Shown here: positions 1-10,360 of the stretch, in pieces
Layout: each line of letters begins with the position of its first letter
Numbering within the stretch: the first letter of the stretch is position 1
DNA from: Squalus acanthias
Lineage: Eukaryota
NCBI GenBank assembly: GCA_030390025.1
Contig: JASTWF010000322.1
Location: 1 to 64,000 of the forward strand
Reading direction: 5' to 3'
DNA length: 64,000 bases
Notes under the pieces: generated by a model
Seen by the model: only the letters and a program-made list of their open reading frames with translations
Database searches by the model: none
Told to the model about the DNA's origin: nothing
Position numbers and translations under genes: made by a program

Positions 1-480
1 TGTGCACAGTTCTCGTCTCCATATCCCTTGGTTAGACCACACTTGGAGCACTGTGCACAGTCCTGGTCTCCATATACCTTGGTTAGACCACACTTGGAGC
101 ACTGTGCACAGTTCCTGGTCTCCATATACCTTGGTTAGACCACACTTGGAGCACTGTGCACAGTTCTGGTCTCCATATCCCTTGGTTAGACCACACTTGG
201 AGCACTGTGCACAGTTCTGGTCTCCATATCCTTGGTTAGACCACACTTGGAGCACTGTGCACAGTTCTGGTCTCCATATCCCTTGGTTAGACCACACTTG
301 GAGCACTGTGCACAGTTCTGGTCTCCACATCCCTTGGTTAGACCACACTTGGAGCACTGTGCACAGTCCTGGTCTCCATATCCCTTGGTTAGACCACACT
401 TGGAGCACTGTGCACAGTTCTGGTCTCCGTATACCTTGGTTAGACCACACTTGGAGCACTGTGCACAGTTCTGGTCTCCA
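1..480 (+). repeat. 51-bp tandem repeat (~9 units, truncated by window edge) derived from CR1 ORF2 segment
   Basis: Unit ccttggttagaccacacttggagcactgtgcacagttctggtctccatat translates as [16 protein letters not shown]; the last unit runs directly into a CR1 ORF2 C-terminus. Confidence 0.9.
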
Positions 481-990
481 TATTATAAAAAGGATAGAGA
501 GACACTGGAGAAGGTGCAGAGAAGATTTACGAGAATGATACCAGAACGGAGAGGTTATACCCATCAGGAAAGACTGAACAGGCTGGGACTCTTTTCTCTA
601 GAAAAGAGAAGACTGAGGGGAGACCTGATCGAGGTCTTTAAGATTATGAAAGGGTTTCAATAGGGTAGACGTAGAGAAGATGTTTCCACTTGTGGGGGAG
701 ACCAGAACTAGGGGCCATCAATATAAGATAGTCACTAATAAATCCAATGGGGAATTCCGGAGATACTTCTTTCCCCAGAGAGTGGTGAGAATGTGGAACT
801 CGCTCCCACAGGGAGTGGTTGAGGCGAATAGCGTCGATGTATTTAAGGGGAGCTGGATAAACACATGAGGGAGAAGGGAATGGAAGGATATGGTGATGGG
901 GTGAGATGAAGAGGGGTGGGAGGAGGCTGGTGTGGAGCAGACACACCGGCACGGAGCAGCTAGGCCGAACGGCCTGTCTCTGTGCTCTAA
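435..990 (+). mobile_element. CR1 LINE 3' fragment (ORF2 C-terminus + 3' UTR), degenerate
   Basis: [13 protein letters not shown]...[21 protein letters not shown] and TRGHQYKI...FFPQRVVRMWNSLP motifs, with frameshift/stop. Confidence 0.9.
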
Positions 991-1176
991 AGTCGATGTA
1001 ATTCTACCTAATCTCTTGATCTCCTTAATCCTGACGCAATCTCGGAGCTGAGAAAGTAGGTTTCCCACAGGAGGCAAAGCGAGCGAAGGAGAGAGGCAGC
1101 GGTTACTGTTGCAGGGCTCGACATCGGTTTGAGCAAGTAAGGCGAGGGGGCCCGGTACTCGCGGGCGGCGCCAAGG

Positions 1177-1468
1177 ATGAAGCTGAGTGATGAGTCCCGC
1201 CGCGCCCTATCGGTGGCGCTCAACTCCATCGGGCTCCTCTCCTCCCTCTCGGCCTTCGGCACCAGCTACTGGTGCGTGGGCACCCACAAGGTGGTGAAGC
1301 CCCTGTGCCTATCGCCGGTCAAGCTCAAGGACTGCGTGGCAGGGGCGGAGGGCAACGCCACGCTCCGGGGCCTGGTGCACTACGTCTGGGAGACGGGCGA
1401 GGACCGTTTCACATTCCGTTATTTTCACAGCGGATTCTGGTACTCGTGCGAGGAACACAACCACGGAG
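1177..1468 (+). CDS. GSG1/GSG1L-family (claudin-superfamily tetraspan) gene, coding exon 1
   Basis: ATG 1177 in ccaaggATG context; TM1 then SYWCVGTHKVVKPLC...HYVWETGEDRFTFRYFHSGFWYSCEE family signature; donor G|gtaagg at 1469, phase 1. Confidence 0.92.
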
Positions 1469-1477
1469 GTAAGGAGG

Positions 1478-1765
1478 GGAACAAAAACATCCCAGGGCGC
1501 GTCACAGGAGCGATTATCAAAGACAAATCTGACCCCGATCCACATAAGGAGATATTAGGACAGGCGACCAAAAGCTGGGTCAAAGGGGTCGGTTTTAAGG
1601 AGCGTCTTAAAGGAGGAGAGAGAGGCGGAGAGGTTTAGGGAGGGAAATCCAGAGCTCAGGGCCCCAGGCAGCAGAAGGCACGGCCGCCAATGGTGGAGCG
1701 AAGGAAATCAGGGGATGCTCAAGAGGCCAGAATCGGAGGAGCGCAGAGATCCCGGAGGGTTGCAG
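1478..1765 (-). mobile_element. L2-type LINE 3' end fragment
   Basis: Minus strand continues the L2-like ORF2 C-terminus from the adjacent 76-bp unit into a 3' tail. Confidence 0.65.
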
Positions 1766-4520
1766 GGCTGGAGGAGGTTACAGAGATAGGGAGGGGGCGA
1801 GGGCCATGGAGGGATTTGAACAGGAGGATGAGAATTGTAGGGGCTGGAGGAGGTTACAGAGAAAGGGAGGGGCTGAGGGGCCATGGAGGGATTTGAACAG
1901 GAGGATGAGAATTCTAGGGGCTGGAGGAGGTTATAAAGATAGGGAGGGGGTGAGGGCCATGGAGGGATTTGAACACGAGGATGAGAATTGTAGGGCTGGA
2001 GGAGGTGAGAGAGATAGGGAGGGAGCGAGGGCCATGGAGGGATTTGAACAGGATGAGAATTGTAGGGGCTGGAGGAGGTTATAAAGATAGGGAGGGGTGA
2101 GGGCCATGGAGGGATTTGAACACGAGGATGAGAATTGTAGGGCTGGAGGAGGTGAGAGAGATAGGGAGGGAGCGAGGGCCATGGAGGGATTTGAACAGGA
2201 TGAGAATTGTAGGGGCTGGAGGAGGTTACAGAGATAGGGAGGGGGCGAGGGACATGGAGGGATTTGAACAGGAGGATGAGAATTGTAGGGGCTGGAGGAG
2301 GTTACAGAGATAGGGAGGGGGCGAGGGGCCATGGAGGGATTTGAACAGGAGTATGAGAATTGTAGGGGCTGGAGGAGGTGAAAGAGATAGGGAGGGGGCG
2401 AGGGCATTGGATGGATTTGAACAGGAGGATGAGAATTGTAGGGGCTGGAGGAGGTTACAGAGATAGGGAGGGGGCGAGGGGCCATGGAGGGATTTGAACA
2501 GGAGGATGAGAATTGTAGGGGCTGGAGGAGGTTACAGAGATAGGGAGGGGCGAGGGTCATGGAGGGATTTGAACAGGAGGATGAGAATTGTAGGGGCTGG
2601 AGGAGGTTACAGAGATAGGGAGGGTGCGAGGGTCATGGAGGGATTTGAACAGGAGGATGAGAATTGTAGGGCTGGAGGAGGTTACAGAGATAGGGAGGGG
2701 GCGAGGGCCATGGAGGGATTTGAACAGGAGTATGAGAATTGTAGGGCTGGAGGAGGTTACAGAGATAAGGAGGAGGCGAGGGCCATGGAGGGATTTGAAC
2801 AGGAGGATGAGAATTGTAGGGCTGGAGGAGGTTACAGAGATAGGGAGGAGACGAGGGCCATGGAGGGATTTGAACAGGAGGATGAGAATTGTAGGGCTGG
2901 AGGAGGTTACAGAGATAGGTAGGGGGGAGAGGGCCATGGAGGGATTTGAACAGGAGGATGAGAATTGTAGGATCTGGAGGAGGTTACAGAGATAGGGAGG
3001 AGGCGAGGGGCCATGGAGGGATTTGAACAGGAGGATGAGAATTGTAGGGGCTAGAGGAGGTTACAGAGATAGGGAGGGGGTGAGGGCCATGGAGGGATTT
3101 GAACAGGAGGGTGAGAATTGTAGGGGCTGGAGAAGGTTACAGAGATAGGGAGGGGGTGAGGGCCATGGAGGGATTTGAACAGGAGGATGAGAATTGTAGG
3201 GGCTGGAGGAGGTTACAGAGATAGGGAGGGGGGCGAGGGCCATGGAGGGATTTGAACAGGAGGATGAGAATTGTAGGGCTGGAGGAGGTTACAGAGATAG
3301 GGAGGGGGCGAGGGCCTAACAGGGATTTGAACAGGAGGATGAGAATTCTAGGGGCTGGAGGAGGTTATAAAGATAGGGAGGGGTGAGGGCCATGGAGGGA
3401 TTTGAACACGAGGATGAGAATTGTAGGGCTGGAGGAGGTGAGAGAGATAGGGAGGGAGCGAGGGCCATGGAGGGATTTGAACAGGATGAGAATTGTAGGG
3501 GCTGGAGGAGGTTATAAAGATAAGGTGGGGTGAGGGCCATGGAGGGATTTGAACACGAGGATGAGAATTGTAGGGCTGGAGGAGGTGAGAGAGATAGGGA
3601 GGGAGCGAGGGCCATGGAGGGATTTGAACAGGATGAGAATTGTAGGGGCTGGAGGAGGTTACAGAGATAGGGAGGGGGCGAGGGGCCATGGAGGGATTTG
3701 AACAGGTGGATGAGAATTGTAGGGCTGGAGGAGGTTACAGAGATAGGGAGGGGGCGAGGGCCATGGAGGGATTTGAACAGGAGGATGAGAATTGTAGGGG
3801 TTGGAGGAGGTTACAGAGATAGGGAGGGGACGAGGGCCGTGGAGAGATTTGAACAGGAGGATGAGAATTGTTGGGCTGGAGGAGGTTACAGAGATAGGGA
3901 GGGAGCGAGGGCCATGGAGGGATTTGAACAGTTGGATGAGAATTGTAGGGGCTGGAGGAGGTTACAGAGATAGGGAGCGGGTGAGGGCCATGGAGGGATT
4001 TGAACAGGAGGATGAGAATTGTAGGGGCTGGAGGAGGTTACAGAGATAAGGAGGGGGCAAGGGCCATGGAGGGATTTGAATAGGAGGATGAGAATTGTAG
4101 GGGCTGGAGGAGGTTACAGAGATAGGGAGGGGGCGAGAGGCCATGGAGGGATTTCAACAGGAGGATGAGAATTGTAGGGGCTGGAGGAGGTTACAGAGAT
4201 AGGGAGGGGGTGAGGGCCATGGAGGGATTTGAACAGGAGGATGAGAATTGTCGGGTTGGAGGAGGTTAGAGAGATAGGGAGGGGGCGAGGGGCCATGGAT
4301 GGATTTGAACAGGAGGATGAGAATTGTAGGGGCTGGAGGAGGTTACAGAGATAGGGAGGGGAGCGCGGGGCCATGGAGGGATTTGAACAGGAGGATGAGA
4401 ATTGTCGGGGCTGGAGGAGGTTATAGAGATAGGGAGGGTGCGAGGGCCATGGAGGGATTTGAAAAGTAAAATGAGAACTGTCGGGTTGGAGGAGGTTACA
4501 GAGATAGGGAGGGGGGCGAG
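1760..4520 (-). repeat. 76-bp minisatellite (~36 units) derived from L2 ORF2 C-terminal segment
   Basis: Unit ggagggatttgaacaggaggatgagaattgtaggggctggaggaggttacagagatagggagggggcgagggccat; minus strand reads ILILLFKSLHG..PPYLCNLLQPY. Confidence 0.9.
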
Positions 4521-4680
4521 ACAGTGAGAGAAAGAGAGACAGAGAGAGAGTGAGATTGCAAATAGAGGGGAAGACAAGGAAGAGTGTTAACATGAAGTGA
4601 TTTTTTTTTGATATCTCAGTTTCCTGCTACTTCCAAAGGGCTCTGAACTCATGAACTCTTCATGTTTCTGTCTCCTCCAG

Positions 4681-4725
4681 TTAAATGTCGGAGCTTCATT
4701 GACCTGACGCCGGAATCTGAGCTGG
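4681..4725 (+). CDS. GSG1/GSG1L-family gene, exon 2 (45 bp)
   Basis: tctcctccag| acceptor; (V)KCRSFIDLTPESEL(G) family motif; |gtaagt donor; phase 1-1. Confidence 0.92.
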
Positions 4726-4858
4726 GTAAGTATCTCCAACCTCCTGATCCTCTCCCTCATTAAAATGCCTTGATGTGGAGATGCCGGTGTTGGACTGGGG
4801 TGGACAAATGTGAGAAGTCGCACAACACCAGGTTATAGTCCGACAGCTTTATTTGAAA

Positions 4859-4895
4859 TCACAAGCTTTCGGAGCGCTGCTCCTTCGTCAGGTGA
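4859..4895 (-). ncRNA. Minimal type I hammerhead ribozyme motif (Penelope-type)
   Basis: Minus strand: TCAC-CTGACGA-A-GGAGC-AGC-GCTCC-GAAA-GCTT-GTGA; core boxes, stem II, 4-bp stem I, palindromic AAGCTT stem III. Confidence 0.7.
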
Positions 4896-5312
4896 AGTGA
4901 AGAGGTGCATATAGGCACAGCATATATAGTCAGAGAACACTGCCAGATGACTACAGTTAATCTTTCCAACTACCCTTTATCACACCTCGGCAGAGAGATA
5001 ATCACAGCAATCAAAGGTGTGGATGGTGTCCAAACAGGTCAGTCAGGAAAACATGACATCAAAGACAATGAGGAGGGGTCACGAGGGGTCAAATGTGGCA
5101 GATGCTGGGGGTCTGGATGGAAAACAAAAAACTTTTTTTGCTGGAAATCACAGCAGGTCCGGCCGCACCTGTGTAGAGAGAACAAGCCAACGACGACTCG
5201 AGTCTGGATGACTCTACGTCAGGTGTGATAAAGGGCAGTTGGAAAGATTAACTGTAGTCACCTGGCAGTGTTCTCTGACTATATATGCTGTGACTATATG
5301 CATCTCTTCACT

Positions 5313-5349
5313 TCACCTGACGAAGGAGCAGCGCTCCGAAAGCTTGTCA
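5313..5349 (+). ncRNA. Minimal hammerhead ribozyme motif (one stem I mismatch)
   Basis: TCAC-CTGACGA-AGGAGCAGCGCTCC-GAAAGCTT-GTCA. Confidence 0.6.
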
Positions 5350-5404
5350 TTTCAAATAAAGCTGTTGGACTATAACCTGGTGTTGTGCGACTTCTCAATA
5401 AAAG

Positions 5405-5800
5405 ACAGACTCGCATTTCTCCAGCGCCTTTCACCACCTCAGGACGTCCTAATGCGCTTTACAGCCAATGAAGTACTTTTTGAAGTGTAGTCACTGTTGT
5501 AATGTGGGAAACGCAGCAGCCAATTTGCACACAGCAAGCTCCCACAACAGCAATGTGATAATGACCAGATCATCTGTTTTAGTGATGTTGGTTGAGGGAT
5601 AAATATTGGGCCCAGGACACCGGGGAGAACTCCCCCCCCCTGCTCTTCTTCGAAATAGTGGCCGTGGGATCTTTTACGTCCACCTGAGAGGCCAGACGGA
5701 GCCTCGGTTTAACGTCTCATCCGAAAGATGGCACCTCCGACAGTGCAGCGCTCCCTCAGTACTGGCACCGGGGAGTGTGGGCCTGGATTATGGGGCTCGA
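5405..5800 (-). mobile_element. Deu-domain SINE (SacSINE1/AmnSINE1-like) body and tail
   Basis: Minus strand ggatgagacgttaaaccgagg...gtaaaagatcccac...tatccctcaaccaac...gtacttcattggctgtaaagcgc resembles the Deu domain plus L2-like tail; merges into the 88-bp array. Confidence 0.75.
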
Positions 5801-6778
5801 GTCCGAGAGTATATACATCTACCTCCGACAGTGCAGCGTTCCCTTAGTACTGGCACCAGGGAGTGTGGGCCTGGATTATGGGGCTCGAGGCTTGAGTATA
5901 TACACCTACCTCCGACAGTGCAGCGCTCCCTCAGTACTGGCACCGGGGAGTGTGGGCCTGGATTATGGGGCTCGAGTCCTAGAGTATATACATCTACCTC
6001 CGACAGTGCAGCGCTCCCTCAGTACTGGCACCGGGGAGTGTGGGCCTGGATTATGGGGCTCGAGTCCTAGAGTATATACATCTACCTCCGACAGTGCAGC
6101 GCTCCCTCAGTACTGGCACCGGGGAGTGTGGGCCTGGATTATGGAGCTAATTTCCTAGAGTATATACATATACCTCCGACAGGGCAGCGCTCCCTCAGTA
6201 CTGGCACCGGGGAGTGTGGGCCTGGATTATGGGGCTCGAGTCCTAGAGTGTATACATCTACCTCCGACAGTGCAGCACTCCCTCAGTACTGGCACCAGGG
6301 AGTGTGGGCCTGGATTATGGGGCTCAAGTCCGAGAGTATATACATCTACCTCCGACAGTGCAGCGCTCCCTCAGTACTGGCACCGGGGAGTGTGGGCCTG
6401 GATTATGGAGCTCGAGTCCTTGAGTATATACATCTACCTCCGACAGTGCAGCACTCCCTCTGTACTGGCACCGGGGAGTGTGGGCCTGGATTATGGGGCT
6501 CGAGTCCTAGAGTATATACATCTACCTCCGACAGTGCAGCGCTCCCTCAGTACTGGCACCGGGGAGTGTGGGCCTGGATTATGGGGCTGGAGTCCTAGAG
6601 TATATACATCTACCTCCGACAGTGCAGCGCTCCCTCAGTACTGGCACCGGGGAGTGTGGGCCTGGGTTATGGAGCTCTCGAGTCCTAGAGTATATACATC
6701 TACCTCCGACAGTGCAGCACTCCCTCAGTACTGGCACCGGGGAGTGTGGGCCTGGATTATGGGGCTCGAGTCCTAGAT
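5733..6778. repeat. 88-bp SINE-derived tandem repeat, left block (~12 more diverged units)
   Basis: Unit acctccgacagtgcagcgctccctcagtactggcaccggggagtgtgggcctggattatggggctcgagtcctagagtatatacatct. Confidence 0.95.
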
Positions 6779-6994
6779 CAGTGGTTCCCAACTTTTTCCT
6801 TTATGCGGACCACTACATCGTCATCAAAAGCTTTTGCGGACCACAGCGTAGGCAAGCCATTTAAAATATTTTGTGAATCATGTCACAACTTAACCTCTGG
6901 CACTATTATTACCCTTCTCTTCACTTGCCATGTTCAATGTGAAATTGGTCTTCGCCAATCTGTTGCAGCTTTTACACTCTTGTCTTGCTTTATG

Positions 6995-7097
6995 GTTTTG
7001 ACGAAAGGTCTTCCACCTGAAACGTTAACTCTGTTTCTCTCTCCACGAATGCTGCCTGGCCTGCTGAGTTTTTCCAGCGTTTTCTGCTGTTATTTCT
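6995..7097 (+). mobile_element. Second-family Penelope-like LTR fragment with degenerate hammerhead
   Basis: tTGACGA-aaggtcttccacct-GAAAcgtta followed by ctctgtttctctctccac...gctgcctggcctgctgag. Confidence 0.55.
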
Positions 7098-7698
7098 TGC
7101 TGCAGTTGTATAAGGGCCTTGGTGAGACCACACCTTGAGTATTGTGTGCAGTTTTGGTCGCCTTATCTGAGGAAGGATGTTCTTGCCATGGAAGGAGTTC
7201 AGCGAAGATTCACCAGGCTGATACCTGGGATGGCAGGAATGACATATGAAGAGAGATTTGGTCGATTGGGCTTGTATTCGCTGGAGTATAGAAGAATGAG
7301 AGGGGATCTCATCGAAACTTATAAAATTCTAACAGGTCTGGACAAACTAGATGCAGGAAGGATGTTCCCGATGGTCGGAGAGTCCAGAACCAGGGGTCAT
7401 AATCTAAGGATAAGGGGTAAGCCATTTAGGACTGAGATGAGGAGGAATTTCTTCACCCAGAGAGTGGTGAACCTGTGGAATTCTCTACCACAGCAGGTAG
7501 TTGAGGCCAAGTCATTAAATATATTGAAGAATGAGTTGGATATATTTCTTAAAGCTGAAGGGATCAAGGGATACGGGGAGAAAGCAGGGACAGGGTACTG
7601 AGTTTGGATGATCAGCCATGATCTCATCGAATGGCGGAGCAGGCTCGAGGGGCCGAATAGCCGACTCCTGCTCCTATCTTCTATGTTTCTATGTTTCT
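7098..7698 (+). mobile_element. CR1 LINE 3' fragment
   Basis: ORF 7119-7601 is a CR1 ORF2 C-terminus; 3' stem-loop and (ttctatgt)n tail. Confidence 0.92.
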
Positions 7699-8009
7699 GG
7701 TTTTGAAGTCTGTGCCATTTGCCGTCATGGTCTTAAACCCCTTTTTCTCTTCTGGCTGAATTGTTTGTTCGTTCCGTTGAACCAGGCTGGACTATAATGA
7801 CGCTCAGTACCTTTGCTTTGCATAGGTACACGTTGATCCATTGCATTCAGAATCACCTCCTTGAAGGAACCCCATAGAACAACGACAGCAACAACCTCCA
7901 CATCTAGTTTAAACACTCCCCACATTCTATCTGTCCTGCCTGCCAACACCTCAAACCCTTTTGTTTCGGTGGAACCCATCAGGTCTCTATAAGCTCCCTC
8001 TATTCCGAA

Positions 8010-9150
8010 AGAACATCAGAACATAAGCAGTAGGAGCAGGAGTGGGCCATACGGCCCCTCGGGCCTGCTCCGCCATTCAATAGGATCATGGCTGATCCGA
8101 ACCTAGACTCACGTCCACTTCCCTGCCCGCTCCCCATAACCCTTAATTCCCTTATCAGCTCGGAAACTGTCTATCTCCGTTTTAAATTTATTGAATGTCG
8201 CAGCTTCCACAGCTCTCTGAGGGAGCAAATTCCATCGATTTACTCCCCTCTGAGTGAAGAAGTTTCTCCTCATCTCAGTTTTGAAATGGCAGCCCCTTAT
8301 TCTCAGATTATGCCCCCTAGTTCTAGTCTCACCCATCAGTGGAAACATCCTCCCCGCCTCCACCCGATCAAGCCCCCTCACAATCTGATATGTTTCGATA
8401 AGATCGCCTCTCATTCTTCTGAATTCCAATGAGTAGAGGCCCAACCTACTCAACCTTTCCTCATAAGTCAACCCCCTCATCTCCGGAATCAACCGAGTGA
8501 ACCTTCTCTGAACTGCCTCTGGAGCAAGTATATCTTTTCTTAAATATGGAAACCAAAACTGTACGCAGTACTCCAGGTGTGGCCTCACCAGTACCCTGTA
8601 TAACTGAAGCAAGACTTCCCTGCTTTTATACTCCATCCCCCTTGCAATAAAAGCCAAGATTCCATTGGCCTTCCTGATCACCTGCTGTACCTGCATACTA
8701 ACCTTCTGTGTTTCATGCACCAGGACCCCCAGATCCATTTGTACTGTAGCACTTTGCAGTTTCTTTCCAGTTAGATAATAACTTGCTCTTTGATTTTTTT
8801 TCTGCCAAAGTGCATAACCTCACACTTTCCAACATTATATTCCATCTGCCAAATTTCCGCCCACTCACTTAGCCTGTCTATGTCCCCCTGCAGGTTTTTT
8901 ATGTCCTCCTCACTCACTGCTTTCCCTCCCAGCTTTGTATCGTCTGCAAACTTGGATACGTTGCACTTGGTCCCCTCCTCCAAATCGTTAATATCGATTG
9001 TAAAGAGTTGGGGTCCCAGCACTGACCCCTGCGGAACAACACCAGTCACTGATTGCCAACCCGAGAATTAACCATTTATCCCAACTCTCTGTTTTCTGTT
9101 AGATAGCCAATCTTCCACCCATGCCAGTATATTACCCCCAATCCTGAAAG
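8010..9150 (-). mobile_element. CR1 LINE fragment (RT C-terminal half + 3' UTR)
   Basis: GV(V)PQGSVLGP, KFADDTK, LVRPHLEYC motifs in ORFs 8771-9049 and 8109-8738. Confidence 0.92.
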
Positions 9151-9333
9151 CTGTAGCAATGTGTCATGAAATGAACCCCTGTTTCACTACAGCACAGGCT
9201 CAGCGACGCCTGGCCCGTCTAATTCCCCTCTGTCTCTCTTGACTAAGATGTGGAGATGCCGGTGTTGGACTGGGGTGGACAAATGTGAGAAGTCGCACAA
9301 CACCAGGTTATAGTCCAACAGCTTTATTTGAAA

Positions 9334-9370
9334 TCACAAGCTTTCGGAGCGCTGCTCCTTCGTCAGGTGA
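9334..9370 (-). ncRNA. Minimal hammerhead ribozyme motif
   Basis: Same sequence as the 4859-4895 motif. Confidence 0.7.
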
Positions 9371-9977
9371 AGTGAAGAGATGCATATAGTCACAGCATAT
9401 ATAGTCAGAGAACACAGCCAGATGACTGCAGTTGATCTTTCTAACTGCCCTTTATCACACTTCGGCAAAGAGATAATTACGGCAATCAAAGGCGTGGACG
9501 GTGTCCAAACAGGTCAGTCAGGAAAAGGCGGCCTTCGAGACACACGACAACGCAAAATCGTCGAGCAGAAACTGATAGCCAAGTTCCGCGGCCCATGAGG
9601 ACGGCCTCGACCGGGATCTTGGGTTCATGTCACGCTACATGTAACCCCCACCTGACGTAGAGTCATCCAGACTCGAGTCGTCATTGGCTTGTTCTCTCTA
9701 CACAGGTGCGGCCGGACCTGCTGTGATTTCCAGCAAAAAAAGTTTTTTGTTTCCCATCCAGACCCCCAGCATCTGCCACATTGACCCCTCGTGACCCCAC
9801 CTCATTGTCTTTGATGTCATGTTTTCCTGACTGACCGGTTTGGACACCATCCACACCTTTGATTGCCGAGATTATCTCTCTGCCGAGGTGTGATAAAGGG
9901 CAGTTAGAAAGATTAACTGTAATCACCTGGCAGTGTTCTCTGACTATATATGCTGTGCCTATATGCACCTCTTCACT

Positions 9978-10014
9978 TCACCTGATGAAGGAGCAGCGCT
10001 TCGAAAGCTTGTGA
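9978..10014 (+). ncRNA. Minimal hammerhead ribozyme motif
   Basis: TCAC-CTGATGA-AGGAGCAGCGCTTC-GAAAGCTT-GTGA (G-U pair in stem II). Confidence 0.7.
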
Positions 10015-10360
10015 TTACAAATAAAGCTGTTGGACTATAACCTGCTGTTGTGCGGGTTTATATGACAGAGTGTGCGGCAGTGAGGTGGGAAATATTTTGG
10101 TGAATTTATCTGGAGCTCATTTTTCGGCCCAGTTGATTTGCTCGTTCCAGAAAACCAACCCGCCCTCCATCCACGACAGGTTTTCACTTCCATCAGCTCA
10201 TCCCCAAAACCCAGCTTTAAACAGCAATAAAAACACTGGAACCACAAGGCGGGTCATTCAACATCTGTGGAGACAACAGACACGTTTATTTTAGGGGTTT
10301 GAACCATTTTTTCACGGACCACCTGCAGTACCCTCGCGGACCACTGGTTGGGAACCACTG

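Larger units (their letters stand above)
4772..5397. mobile_element. Penelope-like element remnant: inverted pseudo-LTR pair
   Basis: ~4811-4987 is the reverse complement of ~5221-5397; each arm carries a hammerhead motif; related copy at 9247-10054. Confidence 0.8.
9247..10054 (+). mobile_element. Penelope-like element 3' end with inverted 5' pseudo-LTR
   Basis: 9527-9645 encodes GGLRDTRQRKIVEQKLIAKFR/HEDGLDRDLGFMSRYM (GIY-YIG-domain C-terminus-like, frameshifted), followed by an LTR; inverted LTR at 9247-9525. Confidence 0.82.
6779..10360. mobile_element. Non-autonomous hAT (Charlie-like) DNA transposon carrying nested retroelements
   Basis: Perfect 14-bp TIRs CAGTGGTTCCCAAC / GTTGGGAACCACTG; 8-bp TSD tcctagat / tcctagag (7 of 8 match); CGGACCAC subterminal motifs at both ends; no transposase seen. 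Confidence 0.85.

Noticed and set aside
1469..1638. Extension of ORF 1177-1638 beyond HNHGG
   Set aside because: Read-through into intron/L2 sequence past a strong donor; family similarity resumes at exon 2
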